DNA from: a virus
Taxonomy: Duplodnaviria; Caudoviricetes
IMG/VR virus record: IMGVR_UViG_3300007983_000017
Span: 1 to 24,977 of that record
Direction: 5' to 3' (one strand)
DNA: 24,977 bases
This document shows, piece after piece, positions 9,614 to 16,231 of the stretch. Position 1 is the first letter of the stretch, and each line of letters begins with the position of its first letter. Below the pieces are notes generated by a model. It worked only from the letters and a program-made list of their open reading frames with translations, searched no databases and was not told the DNA's origin. The position numbers were made by a program, and so were the translations under genes.

Positions 9614-10362
9614 TAGTAAGTTCTATCTCCTTGATTAAAGTTATTTGTATTGTGGTTCCACTTATGCTCTTGTTTACCAATTTTTCTAAACTGATTATAA
9701 TGAGCATTAACTTTAGGGATAAGCCTAAGAGACATATTTTTAAGAGTTTCCATCTCGTCTTGACTTAGAGATTTACCTCTGCTTATAGCTTTACCTACAT
9801 ACCAATCTTTTTGCTGTCTAATAAATTGAAATACTTTATCTCTAAGTTCGTCTACTTTCCATAATTTATAAGCTATTTTATAAGCTATATGCCAAGTCAT
9901 TGCTTCTATTACTGCCGCATCGTCTGGTATTAACGGGTAACCATTTTCATCTATAGGATAAGCATAATAAGCTATTTCTAAATCACCTTCTTCAAAAGAA
10001 GTGAATATAAAGTTATCATTGAGTCTATAAGTTAAATCTGATTCACAGCTTAAACTTTGACTATCTGAACAATGCATTTTAATCATAAAAGGATCTCCTT
10101 CATAACGCATTGCCTCTCTACCATGATCTGTTTTTCTAGTTATTAAGTCTATAGTAACTAGATCTTCTGGAATAGATGCTCTGTAATCTTCTACTGGGAT
10201 AGTACACACCCTTTGATTTAATATTTGATTTACACCAAATAAACCAAGCATGTCACCTATCCACTCGAAAGCGTCTGGTAATTCTAAATGGTCAGCGAAG
10301 TCGTGATCTCTGTAGAGTTTTTCAATAACTCTCATTGATGATATGGTCTTACCTGTAATCAT
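9613..10362 (-). CDS. Tail tubular / ring protein (P22 gp4-like, crAss-type), 249 aa
   Basis: FIFTSFEEGDLEIAYYAYPIDENGYPLIPD...EAMTWHI motif, size, and position immediately before the muzzle gene. Confidence 0.8.
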   Translation of the reverse strand: MITGKTISSMRVIEKLYRDHDFADHLELPDAFEWIGDMLGLFGVNQILNQRVCTIPVEDYRASIPEDLVTIDLITRKTDHGREAMRYEGDPFMIKMHCSDSQSLSCESDLTYRLNDNFIFTSFEEGDLEIAYYAYPIDENGYPLIPDDAAVIEAMTWHIAYKIAYKLWKVDELRDKVFQFIRQQKDWYVGKAISRGKSLSQDEMETLKNMSLRLIPKVNAHYNQFRKIGKQEHKWNHNTNNFNQGDRTY

Positions 10363-10883
10363 TACGCGTAATAATCTATTTTGTTATATGGGTCTAGCAT
10401 TATTTCACCTAAACGTCTATCATTACTTCTTGTACATTTAAACCTATACAAAGAAAGATTTGGTACATTTGCTGCATACTTTTCTAATATAAATGTAGCA
10501 GAGTAACCATCACTATGATCGTTTATAAAATAAACTAATTTCTTTTTTTTCTTCGCTTCTTCGTTTTTATCCCAAAGTTCTCTAGTAGCTTTCCAGTTTA
10601 CAGCTAATGATTTAGGGTCTATAGAACCATCTTCTCTAAATCTTACCTGTCTTTTATATTTTTTAATCCTCACACTTGGTAAACCACAAGGCATTCTAAA
10701 ACTTCCAGACTCTTCTAATATTTTTCTTGATATTTCTTTATGAATATCTTTTATTATTTTACCATAAATACTTCTGCTAATTTTGTAATCGTCTGGTTTA
10801 TCAGCAATTGATTTTTTATAGTAACGGTAACCATCTTCTACACCTTTATCTATTTTTATTTTACCCTCTCCTCTAGCTTTCAT
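10362..10883 (-). CDS. IHF/HU-like basic DNA-binding protein of the crAss tail module, 173 aa
   Basis: Very Lys/Arg-rich. Helical N-part followed by FRMPCGLPSVRIKK, then VNWKATRELW and VYFINDHSDGY. Occupies the conserved position before the tubular protein gene. Confidence 0.7.
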   Translation of the reverse strand: MKARGEGKIKIDKGVEDGYRYYKKSIADKPDDYKISRSIYGKIIKDIHKEISRKILEESGSFRMPCGLPSVRIKKYKRQVRFREDGSIDPKSLAVNWKATRELWDKNEEAKKKKKLVYFINDHSDGYSATFILEKYAANVPNLSLYRFKCTRSNDRRLGEIMLDPYNKIDYYA

Positions 10884-11544
10884 CTGTTGATTGATCTTTA
10901 GAATCGTTGCCCATATCCAAAGGTATAGACTCAGATTGTAAATAAACTTTTACTAATTTGTCCCTAACTATTGTTTCCATCCAGCCCGGCATTGGGTAAT
11001 CACTATCGTCTGAGTAACATGGTTTATCACTACCACATTGTGAGAACTCAGAAGCATCTCTTGGATCTTCAAATACACCCCTAACATTTATATACTCCAA
11101 AAGGGCTAATGTTTTTTCACCGCCCTTTAAATACACTCTATCATTCATATGGTAAGCGTATACAGTATCTTGATTAAATCTGCCATTACCAGATGCAATA
11201 GCTTCTTCATAAGTCACCAATTTAAACCTAGCTTTAGTCTTAACTACTGGTCCAACTCTAGTTATTTTAATTTCTGAAGGTAATTTCTTTTTAGTTCTTA
11301 ACACTTTACAACCAGTAGTAAAATCACAACATTCAGCAGCGTCTGCTATTTCTAATTCTAGACAACCAAGGTCTTGTACTAAAGCATCGTGTATAGGTCT
11401 ACCTTTTCTAATTTGCTGCCAAACTAACATAGACCTTTCCGCAGATATATCATGTTTGATATTATCTCGTGTAAGGTCTGAATCGTCAGAAAGTCTAGGT
11501 TTTACTTTCTTCCATATTGTATATGTAAGTTCGTTAAGTGTCAT
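10873..11544 (-). CDS. Tail ring protein paralogue, 223 aa
   Basis: MTLNEL N-terminus, QDLGCLELE, INVRGVFEDP and DSDYPMP motifs. Size and synteny match crAss-like ring proteins. Confidence 0.65.
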   Translation of the reverse strand: MTLNELTYTIWKKVKPRLSDDSDLTRDNIKHDISAERSMLVWQQIRKGRPIHDALVQDLGCLELEIADAAECCDFTTGCKVLRTKKKLPSEIKITRVGPVVKTKARFKLVTYEEAIASGNGRFNQDTVYAYHMNDRVYLKGGEKTLALLEYINVRGVFEDPRDASEFSQCGSDKPCYSDDSDYPMPGWMETIVRDKLVKVYLQSESIPLDMGNDSKDQSTDES

Positions 11545-11547
11545 TTT

Positions 11548-11572
11548 AGTAAAGGGGGGAATATCTCCCCCC
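11548..11572 (-). terminator. Probable intrinsic terminator closing the exonuclease cassette
   Basis: Minus strand GGGGGGA-GATAT-TCCCCCC followed by TTTACT. A 7-bp GC-rich stem in an AT-rich gap, with a short U-tract. Confidence 0.65.
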
Positions 11573-11593
11573 GATTTTAAAGTTTAAATAATT

Positions 11594-11917
11594 TTATTTT
11601 TCAAATACTTTTTTAAAAATATATTTAAAATCTTTATTGAAAGCATCGAAATTATTTTCTGTTTCCGAAATTGTTATTTCTCCTTCATCGTCGATTGCTA
11701 CACCTAAAAGATACATTTCTAATAGCATTGAAAAATGTGCTAACTCTTCCGAATTAAAGTGCTTATTATTAACACCTAATTTTTCTAAATAATTTTTTGT
11801 AGTATCAACAATTGTTTTAATTTCATCTAATTCTAATTCTTGACCAGAAGAAGATACAAAATAACTAATCATTGATAAAACAAGTTTAGAATAAGTTTTT
11901 TCATTAATGTTAGCCAT
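11594..11917 (-). CDS. Hypothetical protein, 107 aa
   Basis: Starts 1 nt after the upstream stop and is co-oriented. Very AT-rich, with no recognised motif. Confidence 0.6.
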   Translation of the reverse strand: MANINEKTYSKLVLSMISYFVSSSGQELELDEIKTIVDTTKNYLEKLGVNNKHFNSEELAHFSMLLEMYLLGVAIDDEGEITISETENNFDAFNKDFKYIFKKVFEK

Positions 11918-11918
11918 A

Positions 11919-12140
11919 CTATTCTTTTCTCAAAGTGTTATTTAAAACATCTAACAAGGGCATACCGTATTTTGTTGGCATTTCTTGCGCTAAAGATGCT
12001 AATCTATTAACACCTTCTTTGGTAATTTTAAAAGTTGGTTCTTCCGCTTTACCTGTTTCTTTCTTTGAATCCAACGAAATCTCTTCTTTTTCTACTTGTG
12101 GATTACCTACAGCTTCTTTTAAATTTTTTGATCTACTCAT
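11919..12140 (-). CDS. Hypothetical small protein, 73 aa
   Basis: Overlaps the exonuclease stop by 8 nt. Charged N-half and amphipathic C-half (LAQEMPTKYGMPLLDVL). Confidence 0.6.
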   Translation of the reverse strand: MSRSKNLKEAVGNPQVEKEEISLDSKKETGKAEEPTFKITKEGVNRLASLAQEMPTKYGMPLLDVLNNTLRKE

Positions 12141-13068
12141 TGTCTTTCCATTTTTTAAAATTAGTATCTGCCATTTCGAATAACCTATTTGTTTTAAGGT
12201 CTTTCATAATGTGCTTAATTGTTCCTCTGTTTGTAGTGATAGTCTTAACATGTTCCAATTCTTTAGTACCAGTAATTGGCGATGTAGTTTTATCTCCGCC
12301 GTCTTGCACTCCTTTGTGAAATTTAGGATTATCCCAGTATTTCATTTTATTGTACAATGCTTCTAATGAAACTACGTCTTGGTCACAATATTCTATCATT
12401 TGGTCTAAAGCCTCTTTGTCGTTATTTAAAATAACTTTGTCCCAAAGCTCTTTTCCGGTTTTTAATTTAGGAGGTAAACCAGCCTCTCTGTTAATATTAT
12501 CAAGTTTATTATTAGCAAATCTAAACTTTCTTCTAGCTAATTGGCATGTATCAAATTGTTTGTAATTTACTAACATTGGTACACCGTGAATAAAAGCTCT
12601 AGTTTTAATAAATGGTAAATCGTATTTTTGACCATTATGTGCAACTATTAAATCTGCTTCATTTAAAACCTCTACGAATTGTTCTATTAAAAACTTATCG
12701 TCTTGGTTTTCATCCCAAGATAAGTTATATACCTCATCTTCTCCTAACCATTTGTAAGATATACAAATAATCTTTTTAGGATGTACAATATCTTTTTCGT
12801 TTAAGTAAACCTTACCTATACTCCAAGAAGTAACTATATTGTAAGATGTTTCTATATCGTATATTAAAACTCTACCTTCACCATCTTCTGGAAACATATA
12901 GTCTTGTCTTGCTTGTTGTCTTACATAACTAAGAGCGTCTTTACATTCAGAAAACGAAGATTTAATACCTTGTCTTGCTAGTTTTTGTTGTAATCTCTCA
13001 GGTCCTTCTTTAAGGTATCCTCGCTTTTCATTGAGGAAGTTTACTATATTATTATAGTTATATTTCAT
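12133..13068 (-). CDS. DEDDy 3'-5' exonuclease (DnaQ/RNase H-like, RNase_H_2/YprB-like), 311 aa
   Basis: ExoI VLIYDIETS, ExoII IVAHNGQKYDLPFI, DTCQLAR..F...NNKLD, ExoIII YCDQDV. Also has an extra N-terminal helical region of about 60 aa. Confidence 0.85.
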   Translation of the reverse strand: MKYNYNNIVNFLNEKRGYLKEGPERLQQKLARQGIKSSFSECKDALSYVRQQARQDYMFPEDGEGRVLIYDIETSYNIVTSWSIGKVYLNEKDIVHPKKIICISYKWLGEDEVYNLSWDENQDDKFLIEQFVEVLNEADLIVAHNGQKYDLPFIKTRAFIHGVPMLVNYKQFDTCQLARRKFRFANNKLDNINREAGLPPKLKTGKELWDKVILNNDKEALDQMIEYCDQDVVSLEALYNKMKYWDNPKFHKGVQDGGDKTTSPITGTKELEHVKTITTNRGTIKHIMKDLKTNRLFEMADTNFKKWKDNE

Positions 13069-13100
13069 ATATTATATATTTTGTCCACTCACAACCCCTA

Positions 13101-13131
13101 CAAAGGTACAAAAAATATTTGACAAAAGCAA
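13101..13131 (-). promoter_or_regulatory. Bacteroidota/Flavobacterium-type promoter (-33 TTG, 20-nt spacer, -7 TACCTTTG) upstream of the exonuclease gene
   Basis: The minus strand reads TTG-cttttgtcaaatattttttg-TACCTTTG, 32 nt upstream of the ATG at 13068, in an intergenic gap. Confidence 0.75.
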
Positions 13132-13132
13132 G

Positions 13133-13618
13133 TTAATTTACTAATAAACCGATAATAAACCCTAAAATTATTCCCGCTGGAGTAGCTCTATTCTTCCAAA
13201 ACCATGTTTTATGTCTTTCCTCTTTTACCTGATTTTGTGCCTCTAATGCGTTTTCTTCTGCAATTTGTCTTACGTTTCTTTCCCATATTATTTGAGCATC
13301 TAACTCTTTTAATCTTTTATTGAATTTTGTTAACGACTCCATTAATTCTAAATTACGAAGTCTTTGTTTTTCCCATAAGTCCATCCACATTAATACATCT
13401 TCTCTGTACATTTGTTTATAGTACATTTTTTGTATTAACACTTCTTCTTGATGTCTAGTAAAACCAGCTAAACTATCACCTTTGTAATAAATCCTTTGAG
13501 GGACTAATTGTTGAGTCGATAATTTCTGATTCTCTTGTCCAGAAACTGTCGCGCTCAGCATTAGACCAGTCATTAACATTACGAAGTATTGAACCAATTT
13601 CTTTTTTGTATTCTTCAT
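13133..13618 (-). CDS. Exported coiled-coil protein with C-terminal membrane anchor; spanin-like second component, 161 aa
   Basis: Signal-peptide-like MKNTKKKLVQYFVMLMTGLMLSATVSG|Q, a coiled-coil middle and C-terminal ATPAGIILGFIIGLLVN. Overlaps the upstream gene by 143 nt in another frame. Confidence 0.55.
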   Translation of the reverse strand: MKNTKKKLVQYFVMLMTGLMLSATVSGQENQKLSTQQLVPQRIYYKGDSLAGFTRHQEEVLIQKMYYKQMYREDVLMWMDLWEKQRLRNLELMESLTKFNKRLKELDAQIIWERNVRQIAEENALEAQNQVKEERHKTWFWKNRATPAGIILGFIIGLLVN

Positions 13619-13886
13619 TTTCTCTTAATAATTTACGTTCTACTTCTTTTTGTTCTAAATGTTTGGTCTTTAAAGAATCCAACATTATACTGTCTTTAAC
13701 TCTTTGTTTTTTTAATTTTCCATAATTATAATCTAAAGAATCAATTTTACGCTGATACTCTTTTGATATAATTTTTACTTTACTTTGATTATTTTTCATT
13801 AAAGCATAATGATCGTAAGATATTATAACACCTATTATAAATATAGAAATTATTACAAAAATCCAATCTTTTTTATTTAAGTTCAT
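13476..13886 (-). CDS. Inner-membrane spanin-like (Rz-like) protein, 136 aa
   Basis: N-terminal transmembrane helix (WIFVIISIFIIGVIISY) followed by a charged coiled coil. Directly after the endolysin with an ATGA overlap. Confidence 0.6.
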   Translation of the reverse strand: MNLNKKDWIFVIISIFIIGVIISYDHYALMKNNQSKVKIISKEYQRKIDSLDYNYGKLKKQRVKDSIMLDSLKTKHLEQKEVERKLLRENEEYKKEIGSILRNVNDWSNAERDSFWTRESEIIDSTISPSKDLLQR

Positions 13887-14386
13887 TTATTTTGTTTTAA
13901 CCATTCCGTAACTTCAAAAGAAGGGCATCTTTTAACCCATTCTTGTCTTTCTATAACACCATTATTGTTTTTATCAGGTGATAAATCTCTATGTCCAACA
14001 ACCGGTATATCCCCAAGTTGATCTTTTAAATGTTTGATTAAATAAAGCATTGATTCTTTTTGCTTATCCGTTCTATTGTCTCCATTTTTACCGCCTATAT
14101 AGGCTATATGTAAACTGTCACTATTTTTACCTTTTACACCATTGCTAACCTTACTAATAGGCCATGTATTTTCTATATCACCATTTGGAGAAATCATATA
14201 ATGATAGCCCGGAGCAGACCAACCTTTAACATTTTTAAAATAGTTAAGTATCGCTTCTACCGAAGCATTTTGAGAACTAGCAGTACAATGTATTACTATA
14301 CGATTTATTTGCCTACCATAAACTTTTTTGTTTTTAGCAGTCATTAAATTATTAGCTAATTTAAATATTTTATTAAACTTAAACAT
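13883..14386 (-). CDS. Endolysin, N-acetylmuramoyl-L-alanine amidase (Amidase_2, T7 lysozyme-like), 167 aa
   Basis: IVIHCTA, GYHYMI, IAYIGG, VVGHRD and KRCPSF motifs give the His/His/Cys zinc ligands and catalytic Tyr. Confidence 0.92.
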   Translation of the reverse strand: MFKFNKIFKLANNLMTAKNKKVYGRQINRIVIHCTASSQNASVEAILNYFKNVKGWSAPGYHYMISPNGDIENTWPISKVSNGVKGKNSDSLHIAYIGGKNGDNRTDKQKESMLYLIKHLKDQLGDIPVVGHRDLSPDKNNNGVIERQEWVKRCPSFEVTEWLKQNK

Positions 14387-14670
14387 TATAATGGTATTTC
14401 TTCTGGGTCTGATTGATCTTCGAAATCTGTATTAACATATGTATTTGTAACCATAGAAGGTCTATTAGTTTCTTTATTTACATAATAACCAATAAGTAAA
14501 CCAATAGTGCTTATACAAATACCCCACGCACTCCAAGCAGCAGTTGTTTCAAAAATTCCTATTTCCGCAGCTAATAAAATTATATAACTCGGGAATAAAG
14601 ACAATATAAAAACTACTACGCTAAATACGATAGTTAATTTTAACCTACTTCTTGTTAATTTTGATAACAT
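14386..14670 (-). CDS. Putative holin (2 transmembrane helices), 94 aa
   Basis: Two hydrophobic segments, basic N-terminus and acidic C-tail. TAATG-coupled to the endolysin. Confidence 0.55.
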   Translation of the reverse strand: MLSKLTRSRLKLTIVFSVVVFILSLFPSYIILLAAEIGIFETTAAWSAWGICISTIGLLIGYYVNKETNRPSMVTNTYVNTDFEDQSDPEEIPL

Positions 14671-14671
14671 A

Positions 14672-15007
14672 TTATTTACGTTGTTCTGCTTTAGTAATTC
14701 TTTCTTTTAGTTCATCTATTGACTTAGCAATAGACATTAAAATGGTTCTTGTTTCTCTACCGTCAAGTAATAATTCTTGCTCTACTTCTTTTTGTTTATC
14801 AACTTGTTTTTCCATTAAAGCTATTCTGTCTTCTAAAAGTTTTTGTTTAACTTCTATTTCAGTTTTAAATTGTATAAACGTTTTTCTGTTATTAATATAA
14901 ACAGTTATTAATGATCCAAAGAATGTTAATATTATTAACAAATCTTTTAGTGTAAATGATGCGGTATGAAAAATCTCTAGCAAGTGCATTGTTTGATTAA
15001 TAGTCAT
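14672..15007 (-). CDS. Single-TM coiled-coil membrane protein (holin/antiholin-like), 111 aa
   Basis: LLIILTFFGSLITVYI helix followed by a heptad-rich charged tail. First gene of the lysis cluster. Confidence 0.5.
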   Translation of the reverse strand: MTINQTMHLLEIFHTASFTLKDLLIILTFFGSLITVYINNRKTFIQFKTEIEVKQKLLEDRIALMEKQVDKQKEVEQELLLDGRETRTILMSIAKSIDELKERITKAEQRK

Positions 15008-15008
15008 T

Positions 15009-15344
15009 TTAAATTTTATCTTCTGTTTTAGCTTCTTTATATCCTTCTTCTACTAAATTTACATCTTTGACTTTTAATACATTTGTATTAATTACAGGCT
15101 CTCCAGTTGGTGCATAATTACCTAAAAAGAAACCCATCACGTTTGATCCTATATTTCCCATGTTACTAGATATATCATCGTAATAAAACCACCATATATC
15201 TTTAGAAGTATGCTTATAAAAATTTGCAACATCAGAAGTTGTATTTTCTTCTGATTCGTACCTTTGTTCTATGGTAGATATAACATTAGCTAACCATTTA
15301 ACATGGTTGGCAGTAAGTTCCTGATATACTTCTAAAATTTTCAT
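15009..15344 (-). CDS. Hypothetical protein, possibly a fibre-associated chaperone, 111 aa
   Basis: Co-oriented ORF filling the gap between the tip protein and the lysis genes. Function is suggested by position only. Confidence 0.5.
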   Translation of the reverse strand: MKILEVYQELTANHVKWLANVISTIEQRYESEENTTSDVANFYKHTSKDIWWFYYDDISSNMGNIGSNVMGFFLGNYAPTGEPVINTNVLKVKDVNLVEEGYKEAKTEDKI

Positions 15345-15349
15345 AATAA

Positions 15350-16231
15350 TTAATAAATTGAATAATTATCGTTCATGTTGTCTCTAACAGCTTCTCTGTC
15401 TGCTGTAGATTGTCCTTCTTCAAAGAATACAACTTCTATAATATTTCCTTCAAACTCGTGACGATCCCCATCTTTAAAGATATGGAAAGTGTCATTGTTA
15501 GCGTTCCAAGGAGTGGTATCAGCAAAGTCCATTAATAATTGGTTATTGTAATAAAGAGCCATCTCACTACCATCGTGGTAAGAACCATGGTATTCTAAAC
15601 TAGGAGGTGTAGGTATAGTTCCAATCCCACCTTCAGTTAACTGTACAGATTGCCAAGCTACTCTAGATTGATAATCGTAACGGTTAGTTCTGAACATTGT
15701 AAATTGTCCAGATACGTTAGGATTGTTAGACACTGCTAAGAAAGATCCAAAGTTTGTAGTATCGGTATCTATTACGGCATGGCACGTAAACGATGGGGTT
15801 ACCGTAGCGTTTGGAAATACACCGCCTGCTAACTGTATAGTATGCATGTGAGTAGATATACCATCACCGTAAAGGGATCTGATTCCATTATTACTATCTA
15901 TAAGTTGTGGTTGCTCTCCTGCTGTAGATTGAGATAAATCTCTACCGTTACCGCTTTGATCGTACCAAGTTACTACATACACTGAAGAACCTCCGGCCCA
16001 AGCATCAACGGATGCAAAATCTAAATATTCACCTACAGATAACCCGGACCCAAAATCTAGTTCTGAATTATCAGAAGATCTTCTCAATCTTACAATTTCC
16101 CCGCTATATGAAGTAGATATTTTTCTCAACGAATAAGCCATTAAAGGACTATCTGCTGAGTAAACATCTATATCTAATGCTGGTAAATTTGGAGCACTAG
16201 TAAAACGATATGGATCTATAATAAATGGCAT
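15350..16231 (-). CDS. Putative receptor-binding tip protein with ConA/LamG-like (arabinofuranosidase-B-like) beta-sandwich, 293 aa
   Basis: AYSLRKISTSYSGEIVRLRRSSDNSELDFG, VVTWYDQSGNGRDLSQ...QPQL and C-terminal FEGNIIEVVFF...DREAVRDNMNDNYSIY are typical of this jelly-roll family. Confidence 0.7.
   Translation of the reverse strand: MPFIIDPYRFTSAPNLPALDIDVYSADSPLMAYSLRKISTSYSGEIVRLRRSSDNSELDFGSGLSVGEYLDFASVDAWAGGSSVYVVTWYDQSGNGRDLSQSTAGEQPQLIDSNNGIRSLYGDGISTHMHTIQLAGGVFPNATVTPSFTCHAVIDTDTTNFGSFLAVSNNPNVSGQFTMFRTNRYDYQSRVAWQSVQLTEGGIGTIPTPPSLEYHGSYHDGSEMALYYNNQLLMDFADTTPWNANNDTFHIFKDGDRHEFEGNIIEVVFFEEGQSTADREAVRDNMNDNYSIY

Noticed and set aside
13079-13127. Inverted repeat ttttgtc...gacaaaa around the exonuclease promoter as a possible operator
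   Set aside because: Only 7 bp, AT-rich and widely spaced, so it is expected by chance.
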